A stretch of 64,000 nt of DNA from an uncultured Methanoregulaceae archaeon (GCA_963841015.1 CAWJAX010000003.1:512001-576000); one strand, 5' to 3'. Shown: positions 11,748 to 21,727, numbered from the stretch's first letter. Notes: generated by a model from the sequence alone, not told the origin. Made by a program: numbers and translations.

Positions 11748-12212
11748 TTACTCACCACCCGTTGTGATAAGATCCTGCTCCACCTTTCTGATCAGTTCGG
11801 AGGGAATCCTTCCCTGATCCACCAGCTCTGCTCCCGTTTTTAGCAGGGCGTCCTTGAAGGGAATCGCCCAGGTGTTTTCAAAGAGCAGAATAGCTGCAGA
11901 GCAGTTGTTGGGTAAAGATTCAGCAAATACTTCAATGTCAGCCTCTGAAAGCCACTCATTTACCCGGTGGGCAAACTCGCTGAAAGCATCACCTTCAACC
12001 CCTCCGAGATTCTTGGCTTCGGTAATCAACATCTTTCCCTTCATATCTTTCAGTACGAAAACCAGATCGATTATCCGGATAAGACCATTTTTTTCCAGCT
12101 TGTTCAGCTCAGGGGCTATCAGGCCACTGAACTTGTTTCCCGGAAAACGCACTACGAGATAGTCTACCGGGCCCATGATTTTACCTGGCTTTCTGGTGAC
12201 TTTTTTTGTCAT
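11748..12212 (-). CDS. DUF1269/DUF6325-like protein, cassette copy 1
   Basis: MGPVDYLVVRFPG...IRIIDLVFV.KD..G...SAAILLFENTWA...GRIP family pattern. Confidence 0.85.
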   Translation of the reverse strand: MTKKVTRKPGKIMGPVDYLVVRFPGNKFSGLIAPELNKLEKNGLIRIIDLVFVLKDMKGKMLITEAKNLGGVEGDAFSEFAHRVNEWLSEADIEVFAESLPNNCSAAILLFENTWAIPFKDALLKTGAELVDQGRIPSELIRKVEQDLITTGGE

Positions 12213-12554
12213 ACTACTTTCTTTTTTCATATCAATCCTCAACAGGGCTCCCGATTACAGAGCCGGCATAAGTTACTGGTGGACTTTATAAATAAAAATA
12301 CTGTGGTGATTTTCACCAATTGAAAAGAAGCTAAAAAGAAGAGATGAGAGAAAGTTTTAACCGATATCAGGACGCGATTCACGTCAGGTGTCATCTGATC
12401 CATTATTTACCGGTAACGCATCCCCATAAAAACCTGACACTCCCCCAACCCGGGTGCAGGACGCTGTCTCCACGGGGAAGGTCAATCCGCACACCAGGAA
12501 AAGGATTAATAGGGCATACATCAAATTGCCATACGTTCAGGAGGAGGGAAAAAC

Positions 12555-12671
12555 ATGAGCCAGGAGGAAGGGAAAAAAAATGATACCACATTCTGGATAG
12601 TTATAATTGTTCTTCTCGTGCTGGTAATAGTCGGGGGCGCATATTTACGATGGCAATTCTGGACAGGGTAA
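12555..12671 (+). CDS. Unannotated 38-aa single-TM microprotein
   Basis: MSQEEGKKNDTTFWIVIIVLLVLVIVGGAYLRWQFWTG*, with AGGAGG RBS. Confidence 0.65.
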   Translation: MSQEEGKKNDTTFWIVIIVLLVLVIVGGAYLRWQFWTG

Positions 12672-13038
12672 CCGGAATATCCGATACACTTTTCGTAAAA
12701 CTATTCCATAAGCTGTCAAAGTAACACCACCAGGAAAATTCGGGATCAGTCTCCTTTCAGCTTTGGATCTTTTATACTCCTTAAAATGCGTTCATATTCG
12801 CATTCTGTTGACATATAAAGAGCAGAGAGGGCACGTTTCCATCAGGCACGGGAAAAGAAGGCCGGTTATGGTTAACCGGCAATTTTTTTTAAAAAACCAT
12901 CGGCACACAGGGAATAACGATTGCTTTCGTACCAAACCAATTGCCCCACGTTTCAGGAGCAGGGAAAACAGGGATTCTTTTGGATCAGAATTAAAAGGTA
13001 TTTTAACGAGTGGTATTCATATGTTGACGTAAGGGTGA

Positions 13039-14784
13039 TTGTCGATTCAACCTTCCGGTTCACCATCACACATCAAAGAGCCTGAACCTTCCGGTATACG
13101 AAGAATTGAGAAATATGTACCGGGAATAGGACTGCTTCGAACCTATGACCGGGGTTTGCTGAAGACCGACCTGGTTGTAGCTGTCACCGTTTTTGCCATT
13201 CTTGTTCCCTCAGCTCTTGCCTATGGCGAGCTGGCGGGTTTTGAGCCGGTAGTTGGACTCTATGCTGCTCTGGTTGCCATGATCATTTACGCGCTCTTTG
13301 GCAGTTCACGGCAGCTCATCATTGGTCCCGAGTCCACAACGGCGATCTTAGTGGCTACCGTAGTCGCACCTCTGGCAGGTGGGGACATCGCCCGGTATGC
13401 ATATCTGGCGGCGGCTTTGGCTATACTTATCGGCCTCATCTGTATTCTCGCGGGAAAATTCAATATGGGGTTTGTTGCCGATTTTTTCTCAAAACCCATC
13501 CTCACCGGATATATTGCGGGAACCGCCCTGATAGTAATCGCCAGCCAGTTAGGCAAGATTTTTGGCATCTCACTGGTCAACGATGATTTTTTTGCAAAAA
13601 TCTGGGAACTGATAACGAGCCTGGATCAGACTCATGTTATAACGCTGGCCGTGGGACTGGTCTCTATTCTGGGGCTTATCATCATCAAACGCTTTGCTCC
13701 CCGAATTCCCGCCACGCTGGTGGTGCTGGTTGCCGGCATTATCGTGTCTTCAGTCTTCAACCTTGCGGATTTTGGGGTAGATGTGGTTGGCCAGGTTGCA
13801 AGCGGCCTTCCTTCACTCCAGATTCCGGTTGTAAGCCTGGCCGACATGAGAACACTCCTCCCGGCAGCGCTTGCCATGACTGTTATCATCTTTGCGGATT
13901 CGGTGCTTACAGCCCGGGTATTTGCGAGGAAAAATCACTACGAAATCGACTCCAACCAGGAGCTGGTTGCATTTGGAGCGGCAAACATCTCAACCGGCCT
14001 CTTCCAGAGTTTTCCTGTCGGGGGCAGCGCTTCAAAGACGGTTGTCAATGATGATTCCGGCGGAAAGAGCCAGATGGTGGGATTAATCGCTGCCGGATTG
14101 GTGATTGTTTTTCTTTTGTTCTTTACATCGCTCCTTCAGAATCTTCCTCTCGCAGTGCTGGGAGCGATTATCATCGTTGCCTGTATCAGCCTGATCGACA
14201 TAGGGGAGTTCCGGAGTCTGCATCTGGTGCGCCACAGCGAATACTACCTGTCCATTCTGACCGTCTTTGGCGTGCTGGTCATTGGAATCATTCCGGGCAT
14301 AGCACTCGCCATAGGATTGTCGTTACTTGTGTTTATCCAGAGTGTGTACCGTCCCCATACCTCTGTACTGGGAACGGAGCCGGGAGTTGATGGACATCAT
14401 GGCATAGCACCCGGGGGTGACATGCAGATTGTACCGGGCATGATCGTGTACGGATTCGATGCACCCCTCTTCTTTGCCAATGCTCCCTACCTGATGGATC
14501 AGGTCAGTGACCTCATTTCCGCTGCTGATCCTCCCATCACGTACTTCCTCATCGATGCCGAGGCAATTCCTGATATCGATACTACCGCATCCGATACGCT
14601 CAAAGAGATATATAACGAGCTCCGCGAGAAAGGTATTACCCTGGGTATGGCCCGGGCAAACAAGCCTTTGCGGGAAACCATGCGGCTCACCGGCCTGGAG
14701 AACCTCATAGGTACCTCCAATTTTTACCCGACCATCCGAACCGCAATCGAAGCGTATCAGAAGCGATCCCCTGCAGAGAAGTAA
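13039..14784 (+). CDS. SulP/SLC26 anion transporter with STAS domain
   Basis: LVPSALAYGELAG, GLYA, NQELVAFG motifs; STAS with FDAPLFFAN and IDTTA. Confidence 0.92.
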   Translation: MSIQPSGSPSHIKEPEPSGIRRIEKYVPGIGLLRTYDRGLLKTDLVVAVTVFAILVPSALAYGELAGFEPVVGLYAALVAMIIYALFGSSRQLIIGPESTTAILVATVVAPLAGGDIARYAYLAAALAILIGLICILAGKFNMGFVADFFSKPILTGYIAGTALIVIASQLGKIFGISLVNDDFFAKIWELITSLDQTHVITLAVGLVSILGLIIIKRFAPRIPATLVVLVAGIIVSSVFNLADFGVDVVGQVASGLPSLQIPVVSLADMRTLLPAALAMTVIIFADSVLTARVFARKNHYEIDSNQELVAFGAANISTGLFQSFPVGGSASKTVVNDDSGGKSQMVGLIAAGLVIVFLLFFTSLLQNLPLAVLGAIIIVACISLIDIGEFRSLHLVRHSEYYLSILTVFGVLVIGIIPGIALAIGLSLLVFIQSVYRPHTSVLGTEPGVDGHHGIAPGGDMQIVPGMIVYGFDAPLFFANAPYLMDQVSDLISAADPPITYFLIDAEAIPDIDTTASDTLKEIYNELREKGITLGMARANKPLRETMRLTGLENLIGTSNFYPTIRTAIEAYQKRSPAEK

Positions 14785-14941
14785 CCGAAGCTGGTAATAA
14801 TCAGCAAAATGTTACGATCTGCGGGATAAAATCGCATAATTCACGGTTACCGGCGATTGTTAAAAAAAATTTCTTATTCCCGGTTTTTCCACCCATGAGC
14901 ATGATTATTCCAGGTATCGTTGCATCCTGCGGTAAGTACTC

Positions 14942-15619
14942 CTACCCACCGAGAACTATGGTAAACCCGGTAATAATAACTGCAATCAATGCAGTCATGG
15001 ATCCCGTCCAGATCTTCTTTGTTATCCGGGGTTCCTCTTCTCTCCAGTATCCCATGAAGAATAACAAGAGAATTCCTAAAATATTGGAAACCAGCAGGGC
15101 ATCCAGGATTACTGAAGGGGATTTCTCATCCAGAACAAAGAAAAACGGCACGAGCACAAGGACGGCAGATCCTACCACAAGGGCGAATGCCAGAAACACG
15201 GTAATAGCATCATCTTTCAGGGGTACCTTGCCAGCCTCTGTTTTCGGTAATTTCTCCAGTACTTTTTTATAGATTCGTTCCTTCTCTTCATTATCCAGTT
15301 CACCTACCAGTGTTTCATCCAGATTCTGTTCGATGAGGGAACGGGCACGTTCCCCGCCATCCGGTGAGGCTGCAAGGGAGATCAACTTCTTTTTCTTCTC
15401 CTGTTCATAGTGAGCCTCCCATGCATAGAAGATACCATCCACCAATCCCCAGGCAATACAACAGGATAAGGCGGCTATGATAATATCATCAAGAAACAGA
15501 TGCATTAATGCAGGAGTCTGGTTATACCGCAAAATACAGGTGAAACATACCACCATAATTACACCAAACATCGGCTCCGAACTGTACCAGAATCTTCCTA
15601 GGTAATCTGACAACCCCAT
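14942..15619 (-). CDS. VIT1/CCC1-like membrane protein
   Basis: SEPMFGVIM, AWGLVDG and C-terminal three-helix pattern ending in LGG. Confidence 0.7.
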   Translation of the reverse strand: MGLSDYLGRFWYSSEPMFGVIMVVCFTCILRYNQTPALMHLFLDDIIIAALSCCIAWGLVDGIFYAWEAHYEQEKKKKLISLAASPDGGERARSLIEQNLDETLVGELDNEEKERIYKKVLEKLPKTEAGKVPLKDDAITVFLAFALVVGSAVLVLVPFFFVLDEKSPSVILDALLVSNILGILLLFFMGYWREEEPRITKKIWTGSMTALIAVIITGFTIVLGG

Positions 15620-15997
15620 CGAAAAACACCTATGTATAACGGAAGAAAACCGCAATACTAATAAATTTTTGCGTGATGTGAGAGCCGCCATTTTACTGGC
15701 GATTACCCGCAGATACAGTTACAGTATTTTTATGTCACGTTCAGAGCACGGAAAAGAGGTTCCTGTCTGAAATTATAGCCGCAAAATAGCATAATCTGAG
15801 CCAGCACCGTAATAACAGATGCAAATTCCGCCGTTGTCATGTCACCTGGGCTGGTGTATAATTCCCTGGTAATCCCCGCCAGGTTTTCCTTTTAAAAGCG
15901 ACCGGGAAACCCCAAATGCACATCTTCCAGCGCAACCAGTATCCGCTATGACTATAAATAGGAAAAGAACAAGTTAATGTAACCATTGGTGATTTAC

Positions 15998-16552
15998 ATG
16001 GTTTCACAAACTGTTACTTCTCAACAGGCGGATGTCCGCCTCTTCCCCTGGTGGCTTGTCCTCCTGTGGGGTATTTTTGCAGTGATCATAGGTGCCCTGT
16101 TCCTGGCGTATCCCCTCAATTCGCTCATGGCATCTATCGTATTCCTCGGTGTATACTGGTTTATCGGTGGGATCTTTACCCTGTTTGCCGCGTTCATGGA
16201 GGCAACTGACCGGGGCTGGAAGATCCTCATAGCGATAATCAGTATCATCGCCGGTCTTGCTATCCTGGCATATCCGTTGTACAGCTTCCTGGTCCTGCCG
16301 GCCTTCTTCGTCATATTCGTGGGCTTCTGGGCCCTGTTTGTCGGGGCTGTCAAGATCTGGCAGGGTTTTGCCGGAAAAGACTGGGGTGCAGTAGTGCTGG
16401 GTGTCATCAGCTTAATCTTTGGTTTCCTTCTGCTCGGTTCACCCTATGTTGCAGTTGCACTTCTTCCGTACATCTTCGGCGGATTTGCGCTGGTTGGTGG
16501 AATTGCCGCCATTGTTGTCTCCTTTATGGTAAGGGGAGAACAGAAGGCATAA
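15998..16552 (+). CDS. HdeD/DUF308 membrane protein
   Basis: WWLVLLWGIFAVIIG..LAYP repeated hairpins; TATAAA and GGTGA RBS upstream. Confidence 0.88.
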   Translation: MVSQTVTSQQADVRLFPWWLVLLWGIFAVIIGALFLAYPLNSLMASIVFLGVYWFIGGIFTLFAAFMEATDRGWKILIAIISIIAGLAILAYPLYSFLVLPAFFVIFVGFWALFVGAVKIWQGFAGKDWGAVVLGVISLIFGFLLLGSPYVAVALLPYIFGGFALVGGIAAIVVSFMVRGEQKA

Positions 16553-16737
16553 AACCAGTAAATTCTTTTTTTGTGAATTTTACGTATCACCCGCTATTGT
16601 ACTCAAGACAATGGGGTTTCCCCACGGCTTTTCTCTCAAATACGCTGAGGCAGCGGATAATTCCTTGAATCCGTTTGAGAAAAGAGCAGACAGGAAAGAA
16701 TAATTTTGATGATGTAGTTAAAAAAAAGTGATTTATT

Positions 16738-16827
16738 TCACTTCTTGTCTTTTTTCTTCTCTTCTTTCTTATCGTCTCTTCGTCCTGAAACTGCCTTGGC
16801 AGCAGCAACCTTTTTAACAATGCCCAT
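16738..16827 (-). CDS. Unannotated 29-aa Lys-rich microprotein, copy A
   Basis: MGIVKKVAAAKAVSGRRDDKKEEKKKDKK*, GGAGGTGG RBS, T-rich tail; paralog at 32722-32820. Confidence 0.75.
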   Translation of the reverse strand: MGIVKKVAAAKAVSGRRDDKKEEKKKDKK

Positions 16828-17073
16828 ACCTTGTTCCACCTCCCAGCACTCTCGTGAATCAATATAATTGATACCCTGGAAGTTGTGCTAAGAATATGTC
16901 ATTCATCAATAATTTATATACTTGGTGGGGAACCCGGGGCAGAAATGGTGGCTGGAGACAAAACAGACCCTTTCCTGAACCCTGAATTCCTGGACTTTTT
17001 TATTTTTATAAAGTCCCCAATAATATATATACTTAAAAATCCTCTATGTGAGAGTATAAAAGGAGGAAAAAAC

Positions 17074-17610
17074 ATGGTTGAATTTGGACCGATACAGATG
17101 ATCGCGATGGGATTTCCAAACCAGGAAAATCTGCATGGCGAATTAATTAGTGAATTATTCAGACTGAGTGATTATAAGATCATCAGAATGGTAGGATTCC
17201 TCGCAATTGCGAAGAATCAGCAAGGCAAGATTGCATCTCTTCAGCTTACCCAGCTTTCTGATGATGACCGGATAAAATTAGCTGCCGGCATCGGAGCGCT
17301 TATTGGTTTTGGTGCAGCTGGCGAAGAGGGTGCCAAAGTCGGAGCAAATGCTGGTGCTGAGGCTGCCTATTATAAGGAATTTGGACTGGACAAGAAACAA
17401 ATCAATAGCATTGCAGAGAACATTCCCAATGGCACTGCAGCTGGATTCGTACTCATTGAGCACCTGTGGGCCAAGAGATTCAAGGAGATTGCGCTCAGCA
17501 AACATGCAGTCCTTCTCGCGAATGGTTTCATAACCATGGATGCACTTGTGGCAATGGGTGCACACCTGGCAGAAGGCATAAAAGCAGCAGAAACAGTCAA
17601 ATTGAAATAA
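17074..17610 (+). CDS. DUF1269/DUF6325-like protein with Gly/Ala-rich insert (third paralog)
   Basis: FGPIQMIAMGFP...GIGALIGFGAAG...TAAGFVLIEHLWA; AGGAGG RBS. Confidence 0.85.
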   Translation: MVEFGPIQMIAMGFPNQENLHGELISELFRLSDYKIIRMVGFLAIAKNQQGKIASLQLTQLSDDDRIKLAAGIGALIGFGAAGEEGAKVGANAGAEAAYYKEFGLDKKQINSIAENIPNGTAAGFVLIEHLWAKRFKEIALSKHAVLLANGFITMDALVAMGAHLAEGIKAAETVKLK

Positions 17611-17771
17611 TCGTCGGGTTTATCCAATAACCCCCCGATTTTCACGATCACCAACAATTTTTATTTTCATTTTTATGACGTTTGCATAATTGCCGGCAAT
17701 TCACCCGGTTGCAAATCCTGAAAAAAGGTTGAAGCTGTTTGAGGGGTGAAAATTCCTGAGGATTGCGTTGT

Positions 17772-17890
17772 GGATTCGTAGGGTTCATCCTCGGGCCGGT
17801 GCTGATGGCACTCCTGGTGACCGTCTATAAACTGTTTGCTGAAGAAGTATCTTCGTAAGCTTCTGAAAGCCTGACCGTATAGTGCAGACT
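17772..17890 (+). pseudogene. Remnant copy of the AI-2E gene 3' end
   Basis: Close nucleotide copy of 23810-23927 (GFVGFILGPVLMALLVTVYKL plus 3' flank). Confidence 0.85.
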
Positions 17891-17994
17891 ACCATACCGG
17901 TAGAAGGAAATGGGGGGATAACAATCCAAGATCGCAAGTGCAAAATAATCCAACATTCGACTTAAGGGTAACGATTAAAGGAGAAAACAGAATT

Positions 17995-19161
17995 ATGGTA
18001 AAACGAGTTAAGAAATCCACTACGGTACCGTTGAACTGGAAAGAGGTGTGGTTCACCAACTGCCCCATGGTATCCGCCAACAATGTCGACCAGGAGCTGG
18101 GGTGGTGCCGTGAGGAGTTCAAGAAGATCGGCGTCGAGTACGCCTACTTCCGCCACGCACCCGAGAACAACTGGTACCCGCACTACATCCACAACCTCGA
18201 CAACCTGATCCGTTTTGGTGGTCTCTATCCCCCGATTCATGTTCATGCGGACATCCGCCGAACCGTGCTTCTGGGGGCAACCTGGGTATATGAAGGCGGC
18301 TGCATGGCCGTGCGTGCCCGCGACAACATCTTCCGGGTGAAGGATCTGAAAGGTAAGAAGATCGGCATCTCGAAGAGCCTGAATACCATCAAGAACGACT
18401 GGTGGCGAATCCAGGAACACATGGGCATCGAGAACATGCTCATGTTGAACGATATGTCCATGGATGACGTGGAGCTCGTGGAGTTCCCCTACCCGGATGA
18501 CTGGTATGATAAACCTGAAATGCTGGACCCACCGATGAACAACCCGTCTGAGCTATGGATGCGCCGTGACCACAAGCACGACCTTGCCTTCCGCCCGCTG
18601 GAAACAGCGTTGCTGAATGGTACCGTCGACGCCATCTACACCCAGAGCAAAGTCTTCCAGCATCTCCAGGAGGCTACTGGCAAGATTAAGATGATCGAGG
18701 ATTTATCAAGGTACCCCGACTGGACTGTGCAGGTCGCCAATACTCCCGCCGTCATCACGTGTACCGATGTGATGGCCAAAAAACACCCCGAACTCGTTAT
18801 CGCCTATATGAAAGCCATGGTCAGGGTCGGACGCTGGGCCAACGAGCACAAGCGTGCCGCAGCAGCGATCCTCAACCGGCAAACCTTCTACCTCGATGCT
18901 GAGGATACCTATCGGGGCATCAAGCACGTAGACATGGTTCCGAGCCTGAGTGCACAGAACCTGCAATGCATCAGGATCGGCAAGGATTTCATGCTGAGCC
19001 ACGGTTACATCAAGCACGACTTTGATGTGGACAAATGGGCAGCGCCGGAATTCCTGGAGCAGGCAGCGGTTGAAGTACTCAAGGAGGAGTGGGCGAGAAA
19101 GAGCTGGAGCAAACTTCCTACGGGAGGCAGGCTCGATGCTGAAGGCACACGGCTCGGGTAG
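17995..19161 (+). CDS. DszB-like (SsuA/PBP2 fold) cytoplasmic putative desulfinase/hydrolase
   Basis: FTNCP, HYIHNLDNLIRFGGLYPP and DLKGKKIG motifs; no signal peptide and no adjacent ABC permease. Confidence 0.75.
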   Translation: MVKRVKKSTTVPLNWKEVWFTNCPMVSANNVDQELGWCREEFKKIGVEYAYFRHAPENNWYPHYIHNLDNLIRFGGLYPPIHVHADIRRTVLLGATWVYEGGCMAVRARDNIFRVKDLKGKKIGISKSLNTIKNDWWRIQEHMGIENMLMLNDMSMDDVELVEFPYPDDWYDKPEMLDPPMNNPSELWMRRDHKHDLAFRPLETALLNGTVDAIYTQSKVFQHLQEATGKIKMIEDLSRYPDWTVQVANTPAVITCTDVMAKKHPELVIAYMKAMVRVGRWANEHKRAAAAILNRQTFYLDAEDTYRGIKHVDMVPSLSAQNLQCIRIGKDFMLSHGYIKHDFDVDKWAAPEFLEQAAVEVLKEEWARKSWSKLPTGGRLDAEGTRLG

Positions 19162-19224
19162 CCGGAGGATGCCTGACACAGTTCTAACAGTATGATGTGA
19201 ACTTAGTGAAAAGGAGATGCGTTA

Positions 19225-19774
19225 ATGCCAGATCAACAGAACTCTACCATAAAGTCAAGCCACAAGGTGCCTGAAAACAAGCGGACGACCCTCGGGCATT
19301 ATGTGACAGCGGAAGAGGCGTATGCGATGTGGAAGAATGAGCCGAAGAAGGTCCACATCCTTGATGTTCGCACTCCGGAAGAATACGTTTTTGTCGGCCA
19401 TGCGGAGATGGCAAGGAACATTCCCCTCCTTTTCGTAAAACACGAGTGGAACGCTGAGACCAACCAGTTTGAGGTAGAGCCGAACCCCGATTTCATTGCC
19501 GAAGCGAAACGTCAGTTCAAGCCCACTGACACAATCCTGGTCATGTGCCGGTCCGGGGACCGCAGTGCGATGGCAGTCAACGCTCTTGCAAAATCTGGTT
19601 TTGTAAACGTCTATAATATCATCGATGGCATGGAAGGGGACCTGGTAGATGATCCCAACAGCAAACATCACGGAAAAAGGATGAAGAACGGCTGGAAGAA
19701 TTGCGGAGTCTCCCTGGACCTATGAGGTCAAGCCGGAGCAGACATTTTTACCGGGGTGTCAGAAAGTAAGGTGA
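19225..19774 (+). CDS. Rhodanese-like sulfurtransferase; +1 frameshift near 19710
   Basis: LDVRTPEEY..GH, catalytic CRSGDRS and GMEGD motifs; GWKN..G.PWTY restored in the shifted frame. Confidence 0.85.
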
Positions 19775-19829
19775 TAACCCCCGCGTGCGACAAGAGACCG
19801 ATGCATGTTAATGAGAGGAGGAAAACGTT

Positions 19830-20095
19830 GTGACCCAGATTGATCCTTTTTTAATCGCCGTAGGCACGCTCGGCACACTCGTCTTCATCATCACCAGCAT
19901 GGTGAGGATGGGCTTCAGCGTGACTATCCCCCAGATCATCGCCCCAATACGGAACACACGGCTGGTCCTCCTGTCCCTTGCTGCCAACTTTATCCTCGTA
20001 CCCCTCCTGGCGCTGCTGATCGTCCGGCTCCTGCCACTCTCCACGGGTCTGCAGATTGGGCTGATCCTGTGCGGCATGGCGGCCAGCGCTCCGGT
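19830..20095 (+). pseudogene. Bile acid:Na+ symporter (BASS/Acr3-like) 5' fragment
   Basis: SM..MG.S.T, LAANFILVPLLA and GLILCGMAASAP motifs, then abrupt loss of homology. Confidence 0.75.
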
Positions 20096-20246
20096 TCAAT
20101 CGCATCGAGGAACAGCTCACAATTCTGCTTCAGGCTGTTCAGGTACAGTTCTGCAAAGTCCCCCATCGTCTGGTCAAAGGTATCAGATTTTCTCCTTTGC
20201 AGGAGCACGCGCCAGAATCCAGCCACATATTCCTGCATACTTTGAC
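20096..20246 (-). pseudogene. DUF2252 3' remnant
   Basis: SKYAGICGWILARA and KSDTFDQTMGDFAELY...CELFLDAIE align with the C-terminus of 24856-26259. Confidence 0.8.
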
Positions 20247-20380
20247 ACTGATTTATCGCATCTGGACTCAGTAAATGGCAAATCCTGCGCATGGTGGGAT
20301 GTTTGAATAATATCTATATTATCAAACGCCACAATCAATCTTACTTGAGTACTGAATACCCATAAACCGAGTTGTGAAGC

Positions 20381-21727
20381 ATGAGATTTCCCTTAATGAG
20401 CAGAATCGCAGGTCGTAACGCCTGGGATCGGATGAGTGTGAATTTCCTGTTCATTCCCGGGATCATGGCGCTTGGAGCGATGCTGCTGGCGTGGTTGATG
20501 TTCTGGCTGGATGGTCAAATCCCCAATGAAATCCTGAATACCAGCCGTTTTATCGTGTCGGGCAGTGTCACCGAATTGCGTGGTTATCTGTTTGCGATGG
20601 CCACCGCTGTCCTGACAACCGCCGGCGTGGTCTTCACGCTCCTTACCCTGCCACTTTCGACTGTAGCTGCCCAGTACGGTTCACGCCTGTTGCGAATTTT
20701 CCTGGGTGATCGTACTACCCAGTTCGTTCTGGGTATGTTTGTGGCTACCTTTGCCTATTGTGTCTTTAGTGCCATGGCAATTCCTCCGGCTGAAGTACGA
20801 CCCGAGGGGGCCCAGATTACTACTACCATTGGATTGTACCTTCTGATAGCAGCCTTTGCTTCGCTCATCCTCCTGATCCAGCATATCAGTATGATGCTCC
20901 AGGCTCCCAATATCGCGGCAGCGGCGGGCGTAGAACTGATGGAGGTTGTCCGTGAAACGAACCTGCAGCAAGCCCCTGGCGGGGAATACCAGCGTCAGAC
21001 CGCCAGAAACCTGCCGGATTCATTCATGATGGAAAAAGCCAGTCCGGTTCGTGCGACTGAAACGGGTTATATCCAGTATGTAGATCCCGAATACATCCTT
21101 CCCCTGGCCGAAAAAAAGAATATCGTGATCCATATTGTCCCCAAGCCAGGCGCCTTTGTCAGGAGTGGCATGGTTATTGCAGAGGTCTGGCCCGCCGATC
21201 GGGTTGATAATGACCTGAATGACGAAATCAGAAACACCTTCCATCTTGGAAACCAGCGCACACCCACCCAGGATGTCGAATACGCCATCAACCAGCTTAC
21301 TGAAATGGCCGTCCGGGCCATGTCTCCGGCTATCAATGATCCTTTCACTGCCATGACCTGCCTGGATTATATTGGTGCTGGTCTGGCGTTGTTTGTCCGA
21401 CAGGGCGCGATAAGCCCGAATATCTATGACAGTCATGGTCAGTTGCGCCTTTTTTTCGCTCCGGTTACTTTTGATGAATTACTCAGCGCTGCCTTCGATA
21501 TGCTTCGCCATGCCAGTTCGGACAATGCAGATGTGTTGCTCCATATGCTGGAGATAATCGATGTAATCAGCCAGGACACGAAATCGCCTGATGACCGCCA
21601 GAAGCTGCTTCGTCACGCTCTCCTTATAGGAGAAGAAAGTCAGGTCGGCTCCCTGATCGAAGAGGACCGCAAGTCAATACACCAACGTAGTGAAGCCCTG
21701 CAACTGAAATTGAAAGGCCTGGTATGA
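20381..21727 (+). CDS. DUF2254 membrane protein
   Basis: QYGSRLLR, LGMFVATFAY, RTPTQD and RAMSPAINDPFTA motifs. Confidence 0.9.
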   Translation: MRFPLMSRIAGRNAWDRMSVNFLFIPGIMALGAMLLAWLMFWLDGQIPNEILNTSRFIVSGSVTELRGYLFAMATAVLTTAGVVFTLLTLPLSTVAAQYGSRLLRIFLGDRTTQFVLGMFVATFAYCVFSAMAIPPAEVRPEGAQITTTIGLYLLIAAFASLILLIQHISMMLQAPNIAAAAGVELMEVVRETNLQQAPGGEYQRQTARNLPDSFMMEKASPVRATETGYIQYVDPEYILPLAEKKNIVIHIVPKPGAFVRSGMVIAEVWPADRVDNDLNDEIRNTFHLGNQRTPTQDVEYAINQLTEMAVRAMSPAINDPFTAMTCLDYIGAGLALFVRQGAISPNIYDSHGQLRLFFAPVTFDELLSAAFDMLRHASSDNADVLLHMLEIIDVISQDTKSPDDRQKLLRHALLIGEESQVGSLIEEDRKSIHQRSEALQLKLKGLV

